From an uncultured Desulfobacterales bacterium (lineage in GTDB: Bacteria > Desulfobacterota > Desulfobacteria > Desulfobacterales > SpSt-501), in contig CALIUY010000022.1 of NCBI GenBank assembly GCA_938048455.1, forward strand, positions 41,815 to 105,814: a stretch of 64,000 nucleotides of DNA, written 5' to 3'. Each line of letters begins with the position of its first letter. The first letter of the stretch is position 1. The position numbers and the translations under genes were made by a program. The notes beneath the pieces are model-generated. The model was given only the letters and a program-made list of their open reading frames with translations, had not been told where the DNA came from and did no database searches. Positions 29,405-37,674 of this stretch are shown piece after piece.

Positions 29405-30391
29405 TCAGCTCCGCAGGCATCGGACATAGTGCCCTCCGCCCGCATCCGTCAAGTCGCCCGCCCAGGCCCGGCATGCGGAGGCGGCCTCGGGGCAGGCCGA
29501 ATAGGCGATGCAGGCGTCCGGCGAAGCCGACGGAGCCGCTTGCGTCCCAACAAGGGAGGCGGCGTCCGCGACCTCCCGCAGCGGGTCGGCGGCCGCCGCA
29601 AGCAGCTGCCGCGTGTAGGGGTGGAGGGGCGCGTCGAAGAGGGCCTCGGCGGGGGCTTCCTCCACGATGCGGCCGTGCACCATGACGGCGATCCGGCGAC
29701 AGAAGTAACCCACGACATTCAGGTCGTGGGAGATGAAGAGGCAGCTCAAGCCCAGGCTCTCTCGGAGATCGGCCAAGAGATTCAGGATCTGGGCCTGGAT
29801 CGAGACGTCGAGGGCCGAGACCGGCTCGTCGCAGACGAGGATTTCGGGCTCGACGGACAGGGCGCGGGCGATGCCGATCCGCTGGCGCTGCCCGCCGCTG
29901 AATTCGTGCGGATAGCGGTCCGCCGCCGAGGCGGGAAGCCCGACCCGTTCGAGCACGGCGGCGATCCTTTGCCGGAGGGCCCCGCGTCCGGTGACGCCGG
30001 CCAGGTGCAGCCCGTCCCGGAGGGTTTGGCCGATGGTCAGCCGGGGATTGAGCGAGCCGTACGGGTCTTGGAAAACGATCTGGATCTTGCGGCGCAGCGG
30101 CCGCATCTCGGTCTCGGAGAGAGGCACGAGATCCACCCCGCGATAGAGGATCCTGCCTTCGTCGGCGGGCAAAAGCTTGAGCAGCATGCGGGCGAGGGTG
30201 GTCTTGCCGCAGCCGGACTCCCCCACGAGGCCCAGGGTCTCCCCGCGCGCCAGTTCGAAGGAAACGCCGCTCACGGCCTCGATCCCCGCGGCAGGCCTCG
30301 AGCGGAACCCTTCCCGCCCCCGGGGATAGCGTTTGACCAGGTTCCGGGCGGCGAGAATGGGCGTGTCGTCCGGGCATGTGCTTCGGTTCAT
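29405..30391 (-). CDS. Peptide ABC transporter ATPase (OppF/DppF)
   Basis: [31 protein letters not shown]. Start at MNRSTC. Confidence 0.9.
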   Translation of the reverse strand: MNRSTCPDDTPILAARNLVKRYPRGREGFRSRPAAGIEAVSGVSFELARGETLGLVGESGCGKTTLARMLLKLLPADEGRILYRGVDLVPLSETEMRPLRRKIQIVFQDPYGSLNPRLTIGQTLRDGLHLAGVTGRGALRQRIAAVLERVGLPASAADRYPHEFSGGQRQRIGIARALSVEPEILVCDEPVSALDVSIQAQILNLLADLRESLGLSCLFISHDLNVVGYFCRRIAVMVHGRIVEEAPAEALFDAPLHPYTRQLLAAAADPLREVADAASLVGTQAAPSASPDACIAYSACPEAASACRAWAGDLTDAGGGHYVRCLRS

Positions 30392-31398
30392 CGTCCGGCA
30401 TCCTTCCCGCCCAGCGTGGCGGCGGTCACGGGACAACGGACGGCCCGCGCACGCGGAAGCGGGATCAGCGCCGGTCGTTCCCGGCGGCAGGCCGGTTCTG
30501 CATACGGGCAGCGCGGATGAAACGCGCACCCCGGCGGCCGCGCGGCGGGGTGCGGGACTGCCCCCGGGACGGCGGCGAGGCGCCGGCCGCGTTTGCCGCG
30601 CCCGGGAAGCGCATCGAGCAGCGCCGCCGAGTAGGGATGCAGCGGGCGCCGCAGGATCTCCTCCGCCGGCCCCGTCTCGACCCCCTCGCCGGCATACATC
30701 ACGGCCACCCGCTCGGCGATTCGGGATACGACCCCGAGGTCGTGGGTGATGTAGAGCATCGAAAGGTCGCGTTTTTCCTTGAGCGCCCGCAGAAGGCGCA
30801 GGATCTGGGCCTGTACGGTCACATCGAGCGCCGTCGTCGGCTCGTCGGCGATCAAGAGCTCCGGGCCGCAGGCGAGGGCGATGGCGATCATGACCCGTTG
30901 GCGCTCTCCGCCGCTCAAGCGGTGCGGGTAATCCGAAAGCCTCTGCTCCGGTCGCGAAAGCCCCACTTCGGCGAGCAGCTCGCACGCCCGCTCGCGCGCC
31001 CGGCGTGCGCAGAGCCCCTGGTGGAACGAAAGCCCCTCGGCGATCTGATCGCCGATCGAAAGAACCGGATTGAGCGAGGTGAGCGGCTCCTGGAAGACCA
31101 TCGCCAGGCGTCGGCCGCGGATGCCCGGCGGGTAGTCCGCCGCTCCGGCCGCGAGGTCGATCCCGTCGAAGCGGATCCGGCCGTTCGCGATTTCCGCAGC
31201 CGGCCGGGGAAGAAGGCCCATCACGGAAAGTGCGGTCACGGTCTTGCCGCACCCGGACTCGCCCACGAGGCAGACGGTTTCCCCCCGCCGGACGGTGAGA
31301 TCCAGGCCTTCGACGGCGTGGAAGCTTTCCTGCTCCCGCCGGAAGCGGACGGTCAGTCCCTCGACGGCGAGAAGGACGCCGGGATTTGCCGACGCCAC
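30388..31398 (-). CDS. Peptide ABC transporter ATPase (OppD/DppD)
   Basis: [44 protein letters not shown] start inferred. Confidence 0.9.
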   Translation of the reverse strand: MASANPGVLLAVEGLTVRFRREQESFHAVEGLDLTVRRGETVCLVGESGCGKTVTALSVMGLLPRPAAEIANGRIRFDGIDLAAGAADYPPGIRGRRLAMVFQEPLTSLNPVLSIGDQIAEGLSFHQGLCARRARERACELLAEVGLSRPEQRLSDYPHRLSGGERQRVMIAIALACGPELLIADEPTTALDVTVQAQILRLLRALKEKRDLSMLYITHDLGVVSRIAERVAVMYAGEGVETGPAEEILRRPLHPYSAALLDALPGRGKRGRRLAAVPGAVPHPAARPPGCAFHPRCPYAEPACRRERPALIPLPRARAVRCPVTAATLGGKDAGR

Positions 31399-31402
31399 GG
31401 CA

Positions 31403-32536
31403 TCACCTCCCCTCGCGTGCCTGGGGGTGGAGGAGATCGCGCAGGCCTTCGCCGAAGAGATTGAAGGAGAGGACCACCGCCAGAATCGCCGACCCCGGGG
31501 CGAGCGTGAGCCAGGGGGCATCGAAGAGAAAGCGTCTGCCGTCGGCGAGAAGGTTGCCCCAGGTGGCGTGCGGCGGGGGAACCCCGAAACCCAAGAAACT
31601 CAGGCCGGATTCGGTGAGGATGGCCGAGGCGACCCCGAGGGTCGCCGAGACGAAGACCGGCCCCAGGGCGTTCGGCAACATGTGGCGGAAGAGGATGCCC
31701 GGATCGCCGACCCCCAGGGCGCGTGCGGCGTCGACGAATTCCCGTTCGCGGAGCGAGAGAAACTCCGCGCGGACGAAGCGGGCCGTCCCTTCCCAGCTCG
31801 TCAGGCCGATCACGGCCATGATCGTGATCATGCGGGGAGGGAGCAGCGCGACCACGGTCAGGATGAGAAAGAAGCTCGGAAAGCAGAGCAGGATGTCGAC
31901 GATGCGCATGAGGAAGCCGTCGATGTCGATGAGCGGGCGATCCAGGAGGCCCGGACGTCGCGGGCGGCCCTTTTCCTGACGCCGTCGCCGCATTCCGAGA
32001 CCGGCCCAAAGCGCCGCGGCGACAAGGAGCAGCCCGGCCGGAAGATGCCCGCTCCACCCCAGAATCGTGCCGGCGACGAGGGTCAGGGCGAGCGCCGCAT
32101 GCCGCAGGCGGATCAGGCGACGGCCGTAATAACCGGCGATCCCGCCGGCCAGGATGCCGAGGGAGACCGAGATGCCGACGGCGATGAAGCCCACCGTGAG
32201 CGACACCCAGGCGCCCTCGAGCATCCGGGCGAAGAGGTCCCGCCCCAGATCGTCGGTCCCGAGGAGGTAGATCCCGAGAAACGGAGGATTCGCTCCGTCC
32301 CGGGCCGGGCTGAGGGGAGGGCGAAGCCTTTCTTCGAGGCGCACGCGGCCGGGATCGACAAGCGGCTCGCGGCCGGAGGTCACCGCGGCCCCGATCGCGG
32401 CGAGCACCAGGAAGGCGCAGAAGAACACGAATCCTGCGAGCGCCGGACGGTTGCGGCGGAAGGTGCGCCAGAGGCGCCCGCGGTGTTGCACCTGGCCGAC
32501 GTCGTCCGCCTGCGCGAGAGCCGCTGGGTCCATCAT
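31403..32536 (-). CDS. Peptide ABC transporter permease (OppC)
   Basis: LGTDDLGRD, EFVDAARALG, RHMLPN, ESGLSFLGFG. Confidence 0.92.
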   Translation of the reverse strand: MMDPAALAQADDVGQVQHRGRLWRTFRRNRPALAGFVFFCAFLVLAAIGAAVTSGREPLVDPGRVRLEERLRPPLSPARDGANPPFLGIYLLGTDDLGRDLFARMLEGAWVSLTVGFIAVGISVSLGILAGGIAGYYGRRLIRLRHAALALTLVAGTILGWSGHLPAGLLLVAAALWAGLGMRRRRQEKGRPRRPGLLDRPLIDIDGFLMRIVDILLCFPSFFLILTVVALLPPRMITIMAVIGLTSWEGTARFVRAEFLSLREREFVDAARALGVGDPGILFRHMLPNALGPVFVSATLGVASAILTESGLSFLGFGVPPPHATWGNLLADGRRFLFDAPWLTLAPGSAILAVVLSFNLFGEGLRDLLHPQAREGR

Positions 32537-33495
32537 TCGAGCCGGATGCGCGGGTCGGCGGCGGCGTAAAGCAGGTCGGAGAGCAGGGTGCCGAGCAGCA
32601 CGAGGACCGCGGCGATGAAGTTCAACGTCAGGATCACCGGATAATCGCGGGCGAGGATCGCCTCGTAGGCCAGGCGTCCCAGACCCGGCCAGGAGAAGAT
32701 CGATTCGATGATCACCGAGCCGCCGACCAGTCCGGGAAGGAGGAGCCCGAACATCGTCAGGAAAGGCAGCAGGGCGTTGCGCAGGGCATGCTTGTAGAGG
32801 ACCGTCTCTTCGGGCAGACCCTTGGCCCGGGCGGTGCGCACGTAGTCCTGATGGATCACCTCGAGCATCTGGCTGCGGACATAGCGCGAAAGCACGGCGA
32901 TCCCCGTCGCCGAGCCGAGCCCCGCGGGCAGCAGCAGGTGCCAGAGCCGGTCGTTGAGGCGGTAAAGGACGGGGGCATCCTCGAAGCCGTAAGTTTCCAT
33001 GCCGAGAACGGGCACCGCCAGGGTGTTCACCACGAGGAGGATCAACAGGTAGGCGAAGAAAAAGCCGGGAAGAGAGATGAACCCGTAAGCGAAAAAAGCC
33101 GTTCCGCGATCGAAGAACCCGCCGCGGCGCACGGCGGCGTGGATGCCGAGCGGGAAAGCGAGCGTCCAGGTGAGAAGGGTCCCTGCGGCGAACAGCGGCA
33201 GGCTGTTCAGGAAGCGCTCGCCGATCTTTTCGAGCACCGGTCGGTTGTCCTTCCAGGAGACGCTCCGGCCGGTGAAAAGGTCGCGGTAAAAGAGCACGTA
33301 CTGGATCGGAAGCGGCCGGTCGAGATGAAAGGCGCGCCGGAAGCGCTCCACCATTTCGGGGGTGAACTTCGGGTTGAGCGGATCGACCTGGGCGGGCTCG
33401 CCGGGAGCGAGGTGGATGATGAGAAACGAGACCACGGTCACCAGAAAGAGCGTGACCAGTTTCCGTTTCAGGTTGCGGGCGAGAAAGGCGGTCAT
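32533..33495 (-). CDS. Peptide ABC transporter permease (OppB)
   Basis: DYVRTARAKGL, HALRNA, ESIFSWPGLG, DPRIR. Confidence 0.93.
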   Translation of the reverse strand: MTAFLARNLKRKLVTLFLVTVVSFLIIHLAPGEPAQVDPLNPKFTPEMVERFRRAFHLDRPLPIQYVLFYRDLFTGRSVSWKDNRPVLEKIGERFLNSLPLFAAGTLLTWTLAFPLGIHAAVRRGGFFDRGTAFFAYGFISLPGFFFAYLLILLVVNTLAVPVLGMETYGFEDAPVLYRLNDRLWHLLLPAGLGSATGIAVLSRYVRSQMLEVIHQDYVRTARAKGLPEETVLYKHALRNALLPFLTMFGLLLPGLVGGSVIIESIFSWPGLGRLAYEAILARDYPVILTLNFIAAVLVLLGTLLSDLLYAAADPRIRLE

Positions 33496-33520
33496 GTTCC
33501 GTCCTCGAAGCCGTCTCGGT

Positions 33521-35623
33521 TCACTGCACGGTGAAGAGCGGGCGCTCGGAGAGCTTCACCCAGCGATGGAAGTGGTAGCGGTAATTGCCCGTCGCCGTGG
33601 CTTCGATCGGACGGTGGTGGATTTCGCCTCCCTGCCGCTCGCGGATCACGATCCGGCGGTCGAGCACGGCCGTCCATTTGCCGGCGTAGAGGAAAGTGAC
33701 CGGCTGATCGGCGGCGATCCGGGCATGCAGTTTGCGGCACAGAGCGACCTGGCGGTCGGGGTCGTACTCCTGGCGGATCCGCGTGATCAGCGCGTCGGCC
33801 TCCGGGTGGCGGTAGCCGACGAAATTGAGCTGGTGCGGGCCGGTCTGGCTTGAGTGCCAGATCGGATAGAGGTCGGGCTCGACGCCCATCGACCAGCCGA
33901 GCACCACGGCGTCGAAATCGAGGCGGTGGATCCGCTCGCGGATGAAGACGGACCACTCGACGAGATCGGTGCGCACCTCGATGCCCAGCCGTTTCCAGGC
34001 GTCCTGGACGATCGTCAGGATGGATTTGCGGATGTCGTTGCCGCTGTTGGTGATCAGGGTGAAACGCAGGCGACGGCCGTCTTTCTCGAGCAGACCGTCC
34101 GGGCCGGGCCGCCAACCGGCTTCTTCGAGCAGGCGTCCGGCGGCCTCTGGGTCGTGGGGGAGCGGTTCGACCTGCGGGTCGTAGAAGGGCGTCTGGCGCG
34201 GAAACGGGCCGCTCGTGCGTTCGCCCTGACCGTAGAGCACGGCCTCGAGGATCTGCTCGACCGGGACGGCAAGGCCCAGCGCCCGCCGCACGCGGGGATC
34301 GTCGAAGGGCGGGCGGCGCAGGTTGTAGCCGATGTAGGTGTAGGCGAAGGAGGTGCCGGAGAAATGCTGGAAACGCGGATCGCCGGCGAGGCGCGCCGCC
34401 TGGTGCGGCTGGACGGCATAGGCGTCGATCGTCCCGGCGTAGAACTCCATTTCCTGAGTCAAAAGATCCGGGATCACCCGGAAGGAGAACCGGCGGTACT
34501 CGGGCGGCCCCTCGAAGTATTCGGCGAAGCGCTCGAGGCGGATGTGGCGATCGGATTTCCACTCGCGAAAGACGAAAGGCCCGCCGCCGACGGGTTGGCG
34601 GTTGAAGCGGCTGTGGCGGATCCCGAAGGAGGCGGGGTCTTTTCCGGAGGCGAGCGCTTCCGCCTGCAGGGCGTTGTCGTCGAGCCGGTGGCGGGGCAGG
34701 ATCCCCAGGGTCCAGCTCGCCAGCGCCGGCGCATGGAGGCGCTTGTAGACCACCACCGCCGTCAGCGGATCGGGGAGGCGCACCTCCTTCACCGGTTCAA
34801 AATCGGAGGCCCGCGGCGAGAGGTTCCGCGGGTCCATGACGGCCTGCCAGGTAAAGCGCACGTCTTCGGCGGTGAGAGGGTGTCCGTCGTGAAAGGTGAG
34901 GCCCGGTCGGAGGCGGAACTCGATGACGGGGTTGTGCTCGACGGGGGGAAGCAATTCTTCCGCGATGCGCCGTTTCTCCTCGACGCCGAGCGGGGGGACG
35001 GCCTCGAGATGCGTCTCGGGGCGGAAGCGAAGGAAATAGCCTTCCCCCACAACGACTTCAAGCCGGGGGAACAGATCGGGATCGACCCGCGTGAGGAGAA
35101 GGCGGAGTCGGGGCGGGATCGAAAGGTGAAGGTGAAGGGTTTCGCCGGAGGCTCCGAGGATTTCGCGCCTCTCGCGTCGGGGGGGCTCGACGGCGATTTC
35201 CTCGATGTTCGCCAGGGATGCCCGCACCTCGGGGGGCAGCCCGTCGGGCTGCGCGCGGCACCGGCGCAGGAGGGCGGCGACCCGCTCGGCTTCCTCCGTC
35301 TCCTGTCCTTCCCCCGCCGGGACAGAAAAGAACGCCTCCTCACGGACGGACCAGGATTCGGCCAGCTTGCCGCGCAACCGCAGATGCTCGTCGCGGTCGA
35401 GCAGCCCGGCGAAGACGAGTTGCTCGATTTCCGCACTCGCCGCATCGGTGGAAAGGATGGGGTTGAGGACGGCGGCGTCGCCGATCGACGCCTGGATGAA
35501 CTCCTCGAGCCGGCCGGGGTTGCCGCGCGTTTGCTCCTCGTAGGTCGGAACCCAGAGGATGGATTGCAGCAGCAGGGTGCTGACCGCCAGCGGCAGGCCG
35601 AGCAGAATGCGGCGCGTGCCCAC
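33521..35623 (-). CDS. Peptide ABC transporter substrate-binding protein (family 5) with insertion
   Basis: LNPILS, FHDGHPLTAEDVRFT, PVGGGPFVF, DPRVRRAL. Confidence 0.88.
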   Translation of the reverse strand: MGTRRILLGLPLAVSTLLLQSILWVPTYEEQTRGNPGRLEEFIQASIGDAAVLNPILSTDAASAEIEQLVFAGLLDRDEHLRLRGKLAESWSVREEAFFSVPAGEGQETEEAERVAALLRRCRAQPDGLPPEVRASLANIEEIAVEPPRRERREILGASGETLHLHLSIPPRLRLLLTRVDPDLFPRLEVVVGEGYFLRFRPETHLEAVPPLGVEEKRRIAEELLPPVEHNPVIEFRLRPGLTFHDGHPLTAEDVRFTWQAVMDPRNLSPRASDFEPVKEVRLPDPLTAVVVYKRLHAPALASWTLGILPRHRLDDNALQAEALASGKDPASFGIRHSRFNRQPVGGGPFVFREWKSDRHIRLERFAEYFEGPPEYRRFSFRVIPDLLTQEMEFYAGTIDAYAVQPHQAARLAGDPRFQHFSGTSFAYTYIGYNLRRPPFDDPRVRRALGLAVPVEQILEAVLYGQGERTSGPFPRQTPFYDPQVEPLPHDPEAAGRLLEEAGWRPGPDGLLEKDGRRLRFTLITNSGNDIRKSILTIVQDAWKRLGIEVRTDLVEWSVFIRERIHRLDFDAVVLGWSMGVEPDLYPIWHSSQTGPHQLNFVGYRHPEADALITRIRQEYDPDRQVALCRKLHARIAADQPVTFLYAGKWTAVLDRRIVIRERQGGEIHHRPIEATATGNYRYHFHRWVKLSERPLFTVQ

Positions 35624-35634
35624 GAGCGCTCCTT

Positions 35635-35695
35635 TTGCAGTTCGGTGCGGATCCGCCTATAATAGGCCTATAAAAGATTTGCGGCACCCTGGCAA
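35635..35695. promoter_or_regulatory. Overlapping divergent promoters for opp and larE, with palindromes
   Basis: + strand TTGCAG-N17-TATAAT (35635-35663). - strand TTGCCA-N17-TATAGG (35695-35667). Confidence 0.5.
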
Positions 35696-35712
35696 ACCCG
35701 ACCCGCAAACCC

Positions 35713-36603
35713 ATGACGAAACCCGTGCGCCGGCTTACCTCTCCGCAAAAGAACGAAAGCCGCTCCGCCTGGAGCTCTCCGGGCGGCGTGCGCCTGCTGG
35801 CGGTGCTGGGCCGCTACGATTCGCTGGCGGTGGCCTTTTCCGGAGGGGTGGACAGCACGCTGCTGCTCTTTGCCGCCCGGCGTGCGCTCGAGGGCCGGGT
35901 GCTCGCGGTGACGGCGGAGACCCCTCTGCAGAGCCGGCGGGAAATCGCCTCCGCGGTCGAGACCGCGCGCCGGCTTGCGGTTCCCCACCTGCGGCTGCGG
36001 GTGCCGATCCTCAATCAGGCGGGGGTGCGGCGCAACGGGCCCGCCCGCTGCTATTTTTGCAAGCGAAGGCTCCTGCAGGAAATCCGGGCGGCGGCCGGAC
36101 GGCGGGGGTTCGCCGTGGTGGCCCACGGGGCGAACCTCGACGACCTCGGGGATTTCCGGCCCGGCCTGCGCGCCGCCCGGGAGATGGGCGTCGCCGCTCC
36201 CCTGATCGAAGCGGGGATGGACAAAGCCGAGATCCGCCGCCTGTCGCGGCGCCTGGGACTTCCCACGTGGAACCGTCCGGCGATGGCCTGTCTTGCCTCG
36301 CGCATCCCCTATGGACGGGAACTCAAGCGAGGGGAGCTCACGGCGGTCGAACAGGCGGAGGAATTCCTGGAGGCCCAGGGGTTTTCCGGTGTCCGCGTGC
36401 GCCATCACGGCGAGGTCGCGCGGATCGAGGCCCGGCCGGAGGATTTCGCCCGCCTCGCGGCCCCTGCTCTGCGGCGCAAGATCGAACAGGCCTTCCGCCG
36501 CCTGGGCTTTCTTTATGCCACTCTCGATCTCGGCGGCTACATCGCCGGGAGCTTGAACCGCGCCGTCGCGCAAGCCCGCCGGCGCCAAGGGGAGGGACGG
36601 TGA
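35713..36603 (+). CDS. larE: LarE-family PP-loop ATP-dependent sulfur transferase
   Basis: AFSGGVDS, RCYFCK, DDLGDFRPG, ACLASRIPYG, RVRHHG, GSLN. Confidence 0.9.
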   Translation: MTKPVRRLTSPQKNESRSAWSSPGGVRLLAVLGRYDSLAVAFSGGVDSTLLLFAARRALEGRVLAVTAETPLQSRREIASAVETARRLAVPHLRLRVPILNQAGVRRNGPARCYFCKRRLLQEIRAAAGRRGFAVVAHGANLDDLGDFRPGLRAAREMGVAAPLIEAGMDKAEIRRLSRRLGLPTWNRPAMACLASRIPYGRELKRGELTAVEQAEEFLEAQGFSGVRVRHHGEVARIEARPEDFARLAAPALRRKIEQAFRRLGFLYATLDLGGYIAGSLNRAVAQARRRQGEGR

Positions 36604-37343
36604 GCCGGAAAGCGGTCGTTTTGCCGTTGCTGATCCTTCTCGCCACCCCGCAGCCGGCCTTGGCCGAATTCTACCGCTACACCGACCGCTTCGGCCGGAC
36701 CCATTTCGTGGACGAGCTCTGGAAAATCCCTGAGGAATACCGATCGCAGGCCGGGCGGTATTCCGAGAAATACGACCATCTGCCCGAGGAAGAGCGCATC
36801 CTGCAGCGCAAGGCCGACCGCAGCCGTGAAGAGGAACTCGAGGCGGAGCGGCGACGGGAGACGGAACGGCACCTGGAAGAACTGCGCCAGGAGGAGGAGA
36901 GGATTCGGGCCCGCCGGGCCGCGGAGGAGGAGCGAAAGCGGCGGAAGGCCGAAGAGACGGAAGTCGAGATCGCCGGCAACCGGATTCTCGTCCCCGTGAA
37001 GCTCGGCAACCACGGTCTCGAGGCCGGGGTGCGGCTGGTTCTCGACACGGGGGCGAGCCACACGGTCATCTACCGGCCGGTCGCCGAGCGGCTGCGCGTG
37101 CTGACGTTGGCCAAGGCGCAGTCCCGGCTGGCCGGCGGGCGCACGGTCCATTCCGAGGTCGGACGCCTGGAGACGTTTCAGGTCGGCCCGATCACGATGC
37201 GGGATTTCCCCGTGGTGATCCTGCCCCTCGAGGGGGAGGACCTGCAGCACGACGGCCTGCTGGGGATGGACTTCCTGCAGCGCGTCGAATACGCCGTCCA
37301 GTACGAGACCTCGACCATCCGCTGGTCGCCGCGCAGCCGTTGA
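36600..37343 (+). CDS. Exported DUF4124-coiled coil-retropepsin-like aspartyl protease
   Basis: Signal peptide, FYRYTDRFGRTHFVD, charged helix, LDTGAS and GLLGMDFL motifs. GTGA overlap with larE. Confidence 0.82.
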   Translation: MSRKAVVLPLLILLATPQPALAEFYRYTDRFGRTHFVDELWKIPEEYRSQAGRYSEKYDHLPEEERILQRKADRSREEELEAERRRETERHLEELRQEEERIRARRAAEEERKRRKAEETEVEIAGNRILVPVKLGNHGLEAGVRLVLDTGASHTVIYRPVAERLRVLTLAKAQSRLAGGRTVHSEVGRLETFQVGPITMRDFPVVILPLEGEDLQHDGLLGMDFLQRVEYAVQYETSTIRWSPRSR

Positions 37344-37372
37344 GCGCGGGATTCCCGGTTCGCAGGCGAGGC

Positions 37373-37402
37373 TTGACCGCGTTTTTCCCGCTTTGCTACA
37401 AT
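37373..37402 (+). promoter_or_regulatory. Putative promoter for the FmdB-like gene
   Basis: TTGACC-N18 with extended -10 TGcTACAAT. Confidence 0.55.
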
Positions 37403-37455
37403 ACCTGATGCTTGGGTTTGAAGGGCACGAAGAACGCCGAAAGGAGGGTGACGCG

Positions 37456-37620
37456 ATGCCGACGTATGAGTTCTACTGCGAAGCGTGCAAGAAATCGTTT
37501 GCTCTCTTTTTGAGCCTTTCGGACGCCGAAAAGAAGAAGATCACCTGCCCCGAGTGCAAATCCCGGAAAGTCAAGCGCCAGATCTCCACCTTTCAGACCG
37601 TCACGTCCAAGAAAAGCTGA
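37456..37620 (+). CDS. FmdB-family zinc-ribbon protein
   Basis: MPTYEFYCEAC...CPECKS, AAGGAGG SD. Confidence 0.88.
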   Translation: MPTYEFYCEACKKSFALFLSLSDAEKKKITCPECKSRKVKRQISTFQTVTSKKS

Positions 37621-37674
37621 TCCGCTGCGACTGCCCCGCGATAGCCGCAAAAGCCGGGCGGGCGGGTCGGTCCG

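Noticed and set aside
35688-35712. GGCAAACC resembling the start of a c-di-GMP-I riboswitch
   Set aside because: The following GNRA stem and second hairpin are absent and there is no room before the larE start
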